Shown here piece after piece: positions 1 through 8,690 of a DNA stretch of 32,000 nucleotides. The first letter of the stretch is position 1. The number at the start of each line of letters is the position of its first letter. The translations under genes and the position numbers were made by a program. This DNA is from Chlamydiales bacterium (GTDB lineage Bacteria > Chlamydiota > Chlamydiia > Chlamydiales > JAAKFR01): contig JAWLBH010000001.1 in the NCBI GenBank assembly GCA_041395025.1, positions 1,230,001 to 1,262,000 of the forward strand. Reading direction: 5' to 3'. The notes below the pieces were generated by a model, which was not told the DNA's origin, searched no databases, and worked only from the letters and a program-made list of their open reading frames with translations.

Positions 1-3000
1 CTCTGGACAGCAAATGATAGATTAAATAAAATTTCTTTTTCTCCTCGTATCACAAGAATCTTATCTTTTGAAAGATCAACCGCGTTTTCAATCGCATGAA
101 GCAGCCGGTGTTCAGCTTGTGGATGGATTGTGATTCTATCGATGACTAAGGCAATGTTTTGTTTTCTTCTTTTATCAAAAGGGATTGGGGAGTCGAGTTC
201 GTATATTTTCTTTTCAAGATAAATTCTTACATATCCCTTTTTACTATAATAGTTTAAAAGATTTTCAAAATCTTCGTTTTTATCGATATTAATTGGGGCT
301 AAAAGGGTGATTTTTTCTCCTTCGGGATATTTTAATATCTCCTTAACCACATCATTTTTGGTAATGGCTTTAATAATTTCCCCCGTGTCTGGACAATAGG
401 GAACTCCCAAATGTGCAAATAAAAGACGTAGATAATCATAAATTTCGGTTTTTGTTCCTACTGTACTACGAGAAGTGCCGGGAGTAGCTTTTTGTTCAAT
501 GGCAATGGCAGGTGAGAGTCCTTCAATTTGGGAAACTTTTGGTTTATCCATCTGCTTAATAAATTGACGTGCATAAGGAGAAAGAGATTCAATGTAGCGT
601 CTTTGTCCTTCAGCATAGACTGTATCGAATACAAGAGAACTCTTGCCTGCTCCTGAAGGACCAGTGCAAATAGTCAGCTTATTTTGTGGAATCTCTACAT
701 CTATTCCTTTTAGATTATTCTGTTTTGCTCCTTTTATGATTATTTGATTCGTCGCTCTGCAAGGAGTTAAATCTTGTTTTTTAACTGAGTATTTTTTTTG
801 TGAGAGAATGTTTTTAAGTACCCTTCCTGTAGGCGTATCTATTTGAGCACATTGCTCAGGAGAACCTTCAGCGATTACCTTGCCTCCTTGATCGCCACCT
901 TCAGGACCTAGTTCAATCATCCAATCAGCTGTTTTGACAACATCCATGTTATGCTCAATGACTAAAATAGTATGACCAGAAGCAATGAGCTCCTGGAATA
1001 CATTGAGTAAGGCTTTTATATCATGAAAATGTAGTCCAGTTGTGGGTTCATCTAAAATATAGAAAGTTTTGCCTTTTTTAGGTCGAGCTAACTCTTTGGC
1101 TAATTTGATCCGTTGTGCCTCACCACCTGAAAGAGTTGTAGAAGATTGTCCAAGTTTAATATAATCTAATCCAACGCGTGCGACCAGGTCGAGTTTGCTT
1201 TTGAGAACAGGGATGTCAGCAAATAATTTTTGTGCTTCGCCAACAGTCATTTCAAGGATATCGTGGATACTATTTCCTTTGTATTGAATTGATAAGGTAT
1301 CATGATCAAATCTTTTTGATTGACAACTCTCACACGTCACCCATTGATCTTCTAAAAAATCCATATTGATACACACCATGCCAATCCCTTGACATTCTAG
1401 ACAAGAGCCCTCAGAGACGTTGAAACTAAAACGTCCTGGAGCATAACCACGGGCAATGCTGTCAGGCAGTTGACTAAACAGCTTGCGAATTTCATCAAAA
1501 ATATTAATATAAGTTGCTGGATTTGAACGAGGTGTACGTCCAATAGGTGTTTGATCAATTGCGATTACTCTATCGATATTATTATATCCTGTGATGGTTT
1601 TTATGTTTCCTGCGGAATATTTGGTATCGTGTAGTCTATTTGCAAGAGCTGGAAAGAGAGTATCGGATATGAGAGAAGATTTACCAGAACCCGATACACC
1701 CGTGATTGCAATCATTAATTCAAGAGGGAAAGTCACAGTGATTTTTTTTAAGTTATTATGAGTTGCTTCGATGATTTGAATAGCTTTCTTACATGGATAT
1801 TTTCGCATCACTGGAATATCAATCTTGGCTTTCCCACTTAAGTATTTTCCTGTTAATGAATGAGAATTTTCTAATATCTCTTTTAAAGAGCCATTAAAGA
1901 GGATATTACCCCCTAGAATTCCTGGTCCTGGTCCAAAATCAATTAATCGATCTGCTGCTCGTATTGTTTCTTCATCATGCTCAACTACGATGACAGTGTT
2001 TCCTGCATCACGCAAGCGTTTTAGGATTGCAATCAACTTTTGAGTGTCTCTAGGATGGAGGCCAATTGATGGTTCATCAAGAATATAAGTCACTCCTACT
2101 AGTCCGCCACCGACTTGTGAAGCAAGACGCACACGCTGAGCTTCTCCTCCGGAAAGGGTAGAAACAGGGCGCGATAGACTGAGATAGTCTAGACCTACAT
2201 CTTTAAGAAATTGTAATCTTCGGATGATCGTTTTTATGATCTCTTCAGCAATAGCATATTCATAGGGGTTAAGGTGTAGGTTAGAGAAAAAAGAGAGGTT
2301 CTCTCTAATCTGTTTTGAACAAATCGCCTGAATGCGTTCTCCTCCTATTTCAGTGGCTGCTGGATAAGGTTGAATACGTGCTCCCTTACATTCACAACAA
2401 ATCTGTTTATCCATCAATCGAGAGATTGTTTTTTGATAGCTTGTGCTTTTTGCTGTGTGCAACCGTTCATGCATAGCTGGGATCACCCCTTTCCAACAGA
2501 CATACTCACTCCAAGATTTTACATGATTGGGATGAGTAAAGTGCATTTGAGTCCATTTTTTTTCAGTTCCATAAAGAAAAATCTGTTTTGCTTGATGAGA
2601 AAGATCTTCCCAAGGGGTGGTGACGCTAAATTGATAAATCGCAGCTAGATTATCATAAATATTTTTAAATCGGATCGTTTTATATGAGCTGGCGATTAAA
2701 CAACAGTCTTCAGCAATGCTCTTTTTTTGATCTATAATTTTTTCAAAGTCAAAATCTTGAGTGAAGCCAAGTCCTTTACAACGAAGACACATGCCTTCAG
2801 GGTGATTAAAAGAGAAATTATGAGGTTCAAGCGAGGAATAATAGTAACCAGATTTAGAAGAGTAGGCATGTGTTGAGTAGAGGTGTTCTTGCTTTTTTTC
2901 AATATCATAAGTTAATAAGATTCCATTGCCTAATTCTAGACCAGCAATGACTCCTGCAGCGATCCGAGAATGGCTATCAGGTGAAACAATAAGACGGTCA

Positions 3001-3614
3001 ATAACGATTTCAATATCATGAGAATGATGTTTATCAAGGTGAATAGTTTCACTCAGATCAACCAATCTTCCATTGACACGTGCTCGTGTATATCCTTTGC
3101 TCAAGAAAAATTGAAACTCTTCTTTAAATTCTCCTTTTTTATTTTTAGCAATAGGAGCAAGAAAAATGAGTTTTGTATTTTTAGGAAGAGCTTGAAGGAT
3201 GTGAATAATTCTTTCTTTGCTTTGTGGAGCGACTAACTCCCCACTAAGTGGGCAATGAGCTAAGCCAATGCGAGCATATAGAAGACGCAAATAGTCGTAG
3301 ATTTCTGTAATTGTGCCTATAGTAGAACGTGGGTTTTTATGAATAGTTTTCTGATCAATTGCAATCGTAGGAGAAAGACCAGAGATAGATTCAAAATTAG
3401 GTTTACTCAAATGTCCAATATATTGACGCGCAAAAGCAGATAAGGATTCAACATAACGACGTTGTCCTTCAACGAAAAGAGTATCAAAAGCAAGAGAAGA
3501 CTTACCAGAACCTGATACTCCTGTAAAGACAATGAATTCATTAGTATTGAAATTAAGATTTATTCCCTTTAAATTATGAACATTAATATTTTTTAAAATA
3601 ACTTCCCGCTTCAT
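1..3614 (-). CDS. uvrA: Excinuclease ABC subunit A, tandemly duplicated (UvrA-UvrA fusion). The 5' end is in the window and the C-terminus runs off the left edge.
   Basis: My translation of the minus strand from the ATG at 3614-3612 gives MKREVILKNINVHNLKGINLNFNTNEFIVFTGVSGSGKSSLAFDTLFVEGQRRYVESLSAFARQY. It also contains two LSGGEAQR ABC signatures, a second Walker A (ITGVSGSGKSSLISDTLF) and Cys clusters (CLRCKGLG, CCECKGARI, CLECQGIG...CESCQ), which together make one complete UvrA of about 940 aa. The same frame then continues without a stop into a second UvrA N-terminus near nt 830-600 (IIIKGAKQNNLKGIDVEIPQNKLTICTGPSGAGKSSLVFDTVYAEGQRRYIESLSPYARQFI). It is absent from the ORF track only because it has no stop inside the window. 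Confidence 0.95.
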   Translation of the reverse strand, partial: MKREVILKNINVHNLKGINLNFNTNEFIVFTGVSGSGKSSLAFDTLFVEGQRRYVESLSAFARQYIGHLSKPNFESISGLSPTIAIDQKTIHKNPRSTIGTITEIYDYLRLLYARIGLAHCPLSGELVAPQSKERIIHILQALPKNTKLIFLAPIAKNKKGEFKEEFQFFLSKGYTRARVNGRLVDLSETIHLDKHHSHDIEIVIDRLIVSPDSHSRIAAGVIAGLELGNGILLTYDIEKKQEHLYSTHAYSSKSGYYYSSLEPHNFSFNHPEGMCLRCKGLGFTQDFDFEKIIDQKKSIAEDCCLIASSYKTIRFKNIYDNLAAIYQFSVTTPWEDLSHQAKQIFLYGTEKKWTQMHFTHPNHVKSWSEYVCWKGVIPAMHERLHTAKSTSYQKTISRLMDKQICCECKGARIQPYPAATEIGGERIQAICSKQIRENLSFFSNLHLNPYEYAIAEEIIKTIIRRLQFLKDVGLDYLSLSRPVSTLSGGEAQRVRLASQVGGGLVGVTYILDEPSIGLHPRDTQKLIAILKRLRDAGNTVIVVEHDEETIRAADRLIDFGPGPGILGGNILFNGSLKEILENSHSLTGKYLSGKAKIDIPVMRKYPCKKAIQIIEATHNNLKKITVTFPLELMIAITGVSGSGKSSLISDTLFPALANRLHDTKYSAGNIKTITGYNNIDRVIAIDQTPIGRTPRSNPATYINIFDEIRKLFSQLPDSIARGYAPGRFSFNVSEGSCLECQGIGMVCINMDFLEDQWVTCESCQSKRFDHDTLSIQYKGNSIHDILEMTVGEAQKLFADIPVLKSKLDLVARVGLDYIKLGQSSTTLSGGEAQRIKLAKELARPKKGKTFYILDEPTTGLHFHDIKALLNVFQELIASGHTILVIEHNMDVVKTADWMIELGPEGGDQGGKVIAEGSPEQCAQIDTPTGRVLKNILSQKKYSVKKQDLTPCRATNQIIIKGAKQNNLKGIDVEIPQNKLTICTGPSGAGKSSLVFDTVYAEGQRRYIESLSPYARQFIKQMDKPKVSQIEGLSPAIAIEQKATPGTSRSTVGTKTEIYDYLRLLFAHLGVPYCPDTGEIIKAITKNDVVKEILKYPEGEKITLLAPINIDKNEDFENLLNYYSKKGYVRIYLEKKIYELDSPIPFDKRRKQNIALVIDRITIHPQAEHRLLHAIENAVDLSKDKILVIRGEKEILFNLSFAVQ

Positions 3615-3715
3615 TGGATTGGATTTTATGCCTCTAATGTATGTAAAATAAAGATATTCTATCAAAAGAGTGATTAACTAGAAAATATTGGGTAAAATTG
3701 GTATGAAACTAACAC

Positions 3716-5467
3716 ATGGTTAACCGAACGAAAATTATTTGTACAATTGGTCCTGCTGTTGCAACTTTTGATAAAGTAGAAGAGCTGGTTGAAGCAGGCA
3801 TGAATGTTGCACGGATTAACTTGAGTCATGGAAACCATCAGACACATCAATGCATGATTCGTCTTCTTAAAGAGATTCGTGAGAAAAAAAAGATTCCTCT
3901 TGCCATTATGCTTGATACCAAAGGCCCTGAGATTCGTTTAGGGCATGTTGCAAAAGAACCTCTTATGCTTAAAGCAGGGTCGCGTATTCGTTTTGTAAAA
4001 CAGGAAGTTTTAGGGGATGAAAACCATGTGACCCTAAGCCCACCATCAGTCTTCAAAGAACTGAAAAAAGAGATGTTTATTCTTCTAAATGATGGCTCGC
4101 TAATTACTCATGTAATTGAAATTCAAGATGACGAGGTATTAGTAGAAGTCGATCATGGAGGAGAAATTCGCTCAACTCGTGGTGTCAATATTCCTGGAGT
4201 TGAGATAGATTTCCCTTTAATGACAAAAAAAGATATCGAAGATATTCATTTTGGTTGCGCTGAAGATATAGATTTGATTGCTGCTTCTTTTATCCGTTCT
4301 TCTGAACATGTTTGTGCAATTAAATCTTTACTTAAGGAAGCAGGTAAGCCTGAAATTTCTGTGATTGCAAAAATTGAAAATAGTCAAGGAATAGAGAATT
4401 TTGAAAGTATTGCCGAAGTTGCAGATGGAATTATGGTAGCACGTGGAGATTTAGGAGTTGAAATCTCCCTTACTCATGTGCCTCGTCTTCAAAAAATGAT
4501 GATAGGCAAATGCTATCTTATGGCAAAACCTTCAGTGACTGCGACCCAAATGCTTGAATCTATGATCAAAAATTTTCAGCCAACACGAGCTGAGGTTTCC
4601 GACATAGCAAATGCGATTTATGATAGCACCTCAGCAGTCATGCTATCGGGTGAAACTGCGATTGGAGACTATCCAATTGAGGCAGTTAAAGTCATGCAGG
4701 CAATTATTCAAGAAACCGAAGAGGATTTTAGTTATTACGAATTTTTTAAGAAGGGGACATATCGTATCTTTTTTGATGTACCTTCTTCTGTAGCTCAAGC
4801 AAGTATTCATACAGCATATAGTTCGAATGCTAAAGCCATTTTTGCTTTTACAAAAAGTGGCGCTACAGCGCGTCTTCTGTCTTCTCTTCGTCCAAAAATG
4901 CCAATTATTGCTATGACTCCTAGTCTAAAAGTCTATCATCAACTTTCAATACTATGGGGTGTTATTCCAATTTTATCTCCCGATATTGAAGATATTGAAG
5001 AGGCAAAAAAACGCATTAGCTTATTCGCTCTTAATCATCGATTAGTTGATTATGGTGATTTAGTTGTTATTAGTGCTGGAACGCTTTTTGGAAAGCCAGG
5101 AAGTACAAATATGATGATTGTAGATAGAATCGGAGAGATAGTATTAGAAGGATATGAAGGAGCTGGCCATCAGGTCAGTGGTCGGGTGATCTTTGGGTTA
5201 TCTGATAGCGATATAGATGAGTGTTGTATTGAGGAAAAAATCCTTCTTATTCACCATTGCAGTGAAAGGGATCTTCCTTTGCTTAAGAAAGCAAAAGGGG
5301 TGATCATGGAAAAGGGAGATCTTCAGGGAGAAAATTATCTAAAAAAGATTGCAAAAGAGCTGAATTTTCCCTACATTTTGTACAATAAAAAAGAAAAAAT
5401 TTCCCTGAATAAAAACCAATTGGTTGTGCTAGATCCACCTAAATCCCTTGTTTATCAAAAAATTTAG
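3716..5467 (+). CDS. pyk: Pyruvate kinase with an extra C-terminal PEP-utilizer-like (swivel) domain
   Basis: 583 aa. N-terminus RTKIICTIGPA, then NVARINLSHG, LDTKGPEIR, and the active-site block MVARGDLGVEI. About 100 aa extend beyond a normal roughly 480 aa pyruvate kinase. Confidence 0.95.
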   Translation: MVNRTKIICTIGPAVATFDKVEELVEAGMNVARINLSHGNHQTHQCMIRLLKEIREKKKIPLAIMLDTKGPEIRLGHVAKEPLMLKAGSRIRFVKQEVLGDENHVTLSPPSVFKELKKEMFILLNDGSLITHVIEIQDDEVLVEVDHGGEIRSTRGVNIPGVEIDFPLMTKKDIEDIHFGCAEDIDLIAASFIRSSEHVCAIKSLLKEAGKPEISVIAKIENSQGIENFESIAEVADGIMVARGDLGVEISLTHVPRLQKMMIGKCYLMAKPSVTATQMLESMIKNFQPTRAEVSDIANAIYDSTSAVMLSGETAIGDYPIEAVKVMQAIIQETEEDFSYYEFFKKGTYRIFFDVPSSVAQASIHTAYSSNAKAIFAFTKSGATARLLSSLRPKMPIIAMTPSLKVYHQLSILWGVIPILSPDIEDIEEAKKRISLFALNHRLVDYGDLVVISAGTLFGKPGSTNMMIVDRIGEIVLEGYEGAGHQVSGRVIFGLSDSDIDECCIEEKILLIHHCSERDLPLLKKAKGVIMEKGDLQGENYLKKIAKELNFPYILYNKKEKISLNKNQLVVLDPPKSLVYQKI

Positions 5468-5485
5468 GTAGTATTTTAAAGTTTT

Positions 5486-5514
5486 AAAAAAGCTTGATAG
5501 AAATCAAGTTTTTT
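5486..5514. terminator. Candidate bidirectional rho-independent terminator between convergent pyk and array paralog P1
   Basis: aaaaaag-CTTGAT-agaa-ATCAAG-tttttt. A 6 bp stem extended by flanking A/T runs, with a T-run on each strand. Confidence 0.45.
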
Positions 5515-5624
5515 ATCAAATAAGGCATGGTTAATGCAATCGTTTGTCTCTTCCATCTAAGAATCTGATTTTTTACAGAAAGGTTTTAGTATTTTTTTTG
5601 AAAAATTTGTCCAGTTTTTCTCTT

Positions 5625-6068
5625 TTAATCAACAAAGAGTTCAATCGCATTAGTCCATTTCCTCATAAAGAGAAAATAACCAACCCCAATAAAGATGATT
5701 GCTAACATTCTTCGACCTACCGAAACCGTTGTTAATAACCCTCCGGTAAGGAAACCACCAGCTATAGCAATACAGCCAATTGACAATAGACTTATTATCA
5801 CGACAGAGGGCTTATTATCACGTAAATCATCTCGAAAAAAATGAGTTAGACAAAAGATTGCGGATAAACTTACCACACTGCTACCTAGAGCAAGACTAGC
5901 ATTAGAAAAGGCTCCAGTAGTTGCAGCAATAGCGATACCCACTAAGGCTAGACCTACAATTCCTTGTAATCCCTTTATAAAGATCTGGGTTTTTGGACCT
6001 TTTAGACAAGGGAAAAAACAATTATTTCTTTCTGCAAAATTGACTACCGGATTTATTCTTAATTCCAT
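5625..6068 (-). CDS. Array paralog P1: small 4-TM protein (two hairpin/bilobed hydrophobic units), Inc-like candidate
   Basis: 147 aa. Hydrophilic N-terminus of about 35 aa, then GIVGLALVGIAIAATTGAFSNASLALGSSVVSLSAIFCLTHFF, a charged loop RDDLRDNK, and a second TM pair. Confidence 0.7.
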   Translation of the reverse strand: MELRINPVVNFAERNNCFFPCLKGPKTQIFIKGLQGIVGLALVGIAIAATTGAFSNASLALGSSVVSLSAIFCLTHFFRDDLRDNKPSVVIISLLSIGCIAIAGGFLTGGLLTTVSVGRRMLAIIFIGVGYFLFMRKWTNAIELFVD

Positions 6069-6100
6069 TTTTTTACTTTATGAAAAATAATAATACATTA

Positions 6101-6125
6101 TTTTAACATAATATCATATTAATAA
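6101..6125 (-). promoter_or_regulatory. Conserved upstream motif of P1, a candidate promoter element shared with P3
   Basis: Plus-strand TTTTAACATAATATCATATTAATAA at 33-57 nt upstream of the P1 ATG. It closely matches 7318-7343 upstream of P3. Confidence 0.3.
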
Positions 6126-6336
6126 ATATAAAAATAATTAAAGAAGACAATATTCATTCCTATTAAGAGTAAATATAGAGAAAATCTATGGGAGGCTTTA
6201 TGGATAATTAATAAAGAATTTATGAGGTAGTTATAGGGGGAGAGGGGAGAAGGGTTTCGCGTGAATCCCTCTTTTTGTAAAATCGCAATAAGATGGCGCA
6301 GAGCTTATCAGAGAATAGGACGTTCAAGAAGATGGT

Positions 6337-6762
6337 TTATAGAGCATTAGCAAGTAATCTCTGCAGACCACCACAACAACAAATAGGAACTATCGCTACA
6401 ACTGGTCCGACTAATATAGATATCCCTAATTCAGTAGCAGTCACTAACCCTCCTGAAAGAAACAAACTAGCTAAGACAATAAAGGCAATTAAAACTATAA
6501 TATGTAAGGCATTTTTACTACTGTCTGATAACAAATGAATTAGAAGAAGGGCGCCGGATAAAACTGATACACTACTACCTAGAGCAACACTAGTATTAGA
6601 AAAGGCTCCAGCAGTTGCAGCAATACCAATACCTACTAAGGCTAAGATTGCAATCCCTCGTATTATGTTGATATCCTTCTGGATGGCTGGGCTTTTTAGA
6701 GAGGAAGAAAAGGAATTATTTGTTGTTACCAGAGGTGGCTGATCATTTGTTCCTACGCTCAT
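6337..6762 (-). CDS. Array paralog P2: small 4-TM protein, Inc-like candidate, with an ICCCGG tail
   Basis: 141 aa. GIAILALVGIGIAATAGAFSNTSVALGSSVSVLSGALLLIHLL, a second TM pair, and a CCC cluster near the C-terminus. Confidence 0.7.
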   Translation of the reverse strand: MSVGTNDQPPLVTTNNSFSSSLKSPAIQKDINIIRGIAILALVGIGIAATAGAFSNTSVALGSSVSVLSGALLLIHLLSDSSKNALHIIVLIAFIVLASLFLSGGLVTATELGISILVGPVVAIVPICCCGGLQRLLANAL

Positions 6763-6802
6763 TTTACTCCCAAAAAATTAAAAAACCCATATCCATGTCT
6801 TT

Positions 6803-7276
6803 TTAGAATGGGCCAGAGGGCGACGATCCATGGTGAATCACTTTCTTAGGATGCGATTGAGAAGAAACACAACAAGAAATAAGATAAATAATTCCAGTTG
6901 CTCCTGATAATCCCAAGACAATATAACCCGCCGAAACCGCTGTTAATAACCCTCCGGCAAGAAAACAACTAGCTACGGCAATAGAGCCAAGAGACAATAG
7001 AGTCATTGTTATGAAAGAGAATTTACGATTACCGAAATTACCCCGAAAAAAATGACCTGCACCAAAAATAGTAGCTAAACCAGCTACGCTTGCACCCAGA
7101 GCGATACTAGTATCAGGAAAGGCTCCAACAGTTGCAGCAATACCAATGCCTACTAGGGCTAACAATACAATAAATTGGATTCTTTTTATAAAATCTTGAC
7201 TTCCGTTTTTACTAACAGTGTCTTTTATAGTAGATCTTCTATCAATCGGATAATTTGTTGTGGGTCCTATCGACAT
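6803..7276 (-). CDS. Array paralog P3: small 4-TM protein, Inc-like candidate, with an SCC tail
   Basis: 157 aa and closest to P4. Shares FFRGNFGNRKFSFITMTLLSLGSIAVASCFLAGGLLTAVSAG. AGGAGG Shine-Dalgarno (SD) sequence 9 nt upstream of the ATG. Confidence 0.75.
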   Translation of the reverse strand: MSIGPTTNYPIDRRSTIKDTVSKNGSQDFIKRIQFIVLLALVGIGIAATVGAFPDTSIALGASVAGLATIFGAGHFFRGNFGNRKFSFITMTLLSLGSIAVASCFLAGGLLTAVSAGYIVLGLSGATGIIYLISCCVSSQSHPKKVIHHGSSPSGPF

Positions 7277-7317
7277 CCTCTTTTCCTCCTTTATAAAACG
7301 AAAAATTCTAGAAAAAG

Positions 7318-7343
7318 TTTAACATAATGTCTAATTAATAAGA
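7318..7343 (-). promoter_or_regulatory. Conserved upstream motif of P3, a candidate promoter element shared with P1
   Basis: Plus-strand GTTTAACATAATGTCTAATTAATAAG, flanked by two AAATTCTAGA copies that each contain a palindromic TCTAGA core. Confidence 0.3.
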
Positions 7344-7511
7344 AAAGAAATTCTAGAGGATTTCAAAAAAACAATAAAAATATTTAGCCTGAGTATGGGA
7401 AAACCTATGCGATGTTTGTTTTTAATTTGAAGTGCTATGAGTTAATCTTAAGAGGGAACACCAAGAGACATTTCATACATCTCTCTTTTGATAAAATCGC
7501 GATCAAATTCC

Positions 7512-7958
7512 CTATGAGCATATCATCTCACGAAATCTTTGACAACTACAACAACGAAAACAACCATACACTATTCCAGTTAATATTGATAATGCCAACA
7601 CCTTATCACCTGCCGAAACTGCTGTTAATAACCCTCCTTTTGCAAGAAAACAACTAGCTATGGCGATAAAACCAAGGGACAATAGGGTCATTGTTATGAG
7701 AGAGAATTTACGTTTACCCAATTTACCCTGAAAAAAATGACTTACCCCAAAAATGGTAGCTAAACCAGCTATACTCACACCCAAAACCATACTAGTATTA
7801 GAAAAGGCTTCATAAGACGCAGCAATACCAATACCTGCTAAGGCTAAGAGCATAATCACTTGCATTTTTTTTATAAAATCTCGATTTGTGTTTTTAGTTT
7901 TAAAACTACTGTTTACTTGATTAGGTAGTGAAGAATTTGTATTTTCGAGTATTGTCAA
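7512..7958 (-). CDS. Array paralog P4: small 4-TM protein, Inc-like candidate, with an FRCCSCQRF tail
   Basis: 148 aa. TTG start with an AGGAGG SD 6 nt upstream. Shares FFQGKLGKRKFSLITMTLLSLGFIAIASCFLAKGGLLTAVSAG with P3. Confidence 0.72.
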   Translation of the reverse strand: MTILENTNSSLPNQVNSSFKTKNTNRDFIKKMQVIMLLALAGIGIAASYEAFSNTSMVLGVSIAGLATIFGVSHFFQGKLGKRKFSLITMTLLSLGFIAIASCFLAKGGLLTAVSAGDKVLALSILTGIVYGCFRCCSCQRFREMICS

Positions 7959-8057
7959 GATAACCCTCCTTTATAAATAGGAAATAATTTTAAATCATTA
8001 TCGATTTAATAGGAATAAAAAATATTAATCAGATGTAATCTGGGTTATAGGGAAAAC

Positions 8058-8690
8058 CTATTGGGGATTTGTTTCTAATGGTGTTACTCGAAGGCCCGCT
8101 TTTAAGAAGATACGATTCAATTCTTTCTTGTCTTCGATTGAGAGATCATTATTCATTACAAATCTTTCCTGTAGACTTGGTATATTGAAAGGCATAGGTA
8201 AAATAAAGCCTCGGTCATTATTAGGTGCTGAATCGAAATTTTTTTCTTTAAAATGTCTACGGGATTTGAGGCCTTGGCGGGTTATAATAATCATAAAAAG
8301 AATATTTATAGGTAATGCTATCTGAAACCAAAGCGTGGCTACTGCAGTAACTGGTAAAACCCCTGTGAGTTGGACGATGCCAAGGATGGCCGGAAGGAAT
8401 ATGGAAAAGAGATTAAAGATAAAAAAAATTTTATTTTTTTTGAAGATTCCGTCGCTAGTAAGAAGAGCAAAAGAGAGATTGGCAACAGATACACCGATTA
8501 AAATTGCACCAAACGTAGATGTCGAAAGTTTTCCAAAGGCAGCGGAGATTACAATTGCGAGAAATACTAATCCAACCACTTTTGATATTTTCTGACTTGC
8601 CGCGCTCATTGTTGAATACTTAAGTCCATTTTCCTTTGCGTAATAACATAGAAAAGCAGATTCGACATCTTTTTCGGAATATAAAACCAT
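8058..8690 (-). CDS. Array paralog P5: divergent 4-TM member with a C-terminal soluble extension of about 70 aa
   Basis: 210 aa with the same TM1-TM2 / basic loop (GIFKKNKIF) / TM3-TM4 layout. The start is uncertain, and an internal Met (MSAASQK) is an alternative. Confidence 0.6.
   Translation of the reverse strand: MVLYSEKDVESAFLCYYAKENGLKYSTMSAASQKISKVVGLVFLAIVISAAFGKLSTSTFGAILIGVSVANLSFALLTSDGIFKKNKIFFIFNLFSIFLPAILGIVQLTGVLPVTAVATLWFQIALPINILFMIIITRQGLKSRRHFKEKNFDSAPNNDRGFILPMPFNIPSLQERFVMNNDLSIEDKKELNRIFLKAGLRVTPLETNPQ

Noticed and set aside
2370-3236. Plus-strand ORFs 2370-2648 and 3018-3236
   Set aside because: Both lie entirely antisense within the continuous, strongly UvrA-like minus-strand frame. 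They have low-complexity composition and no SD sequence.
3847-4793. ORFs 3847-4056 (minus) and 4611-4793 (plus) inside pyk
   Set aside because: They overlap the well-supported pyruvate kinase frame and have no recognisable motifs. They are shadow ORFs.
5625-8000. Periodic repeated sequence every 450-700 bp that might at first glance suggest a CRISPR-like or satellite array
   Set aside because: The repeats are the conserved coding cores of paralogous genes, with long and imperfect similarity confined to ORFs. They are not short identical direct repeats with unique spacers.
6293-8595. Plus-strand ORFs 6293-6538, 7412-7657, 8128-8325 and 8335-8595
   Set aside because: They are antisense to array paralogs P2, P4 and P5. 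The minus-strand frames are supported by paralogy across six genes and the plus frames are not.
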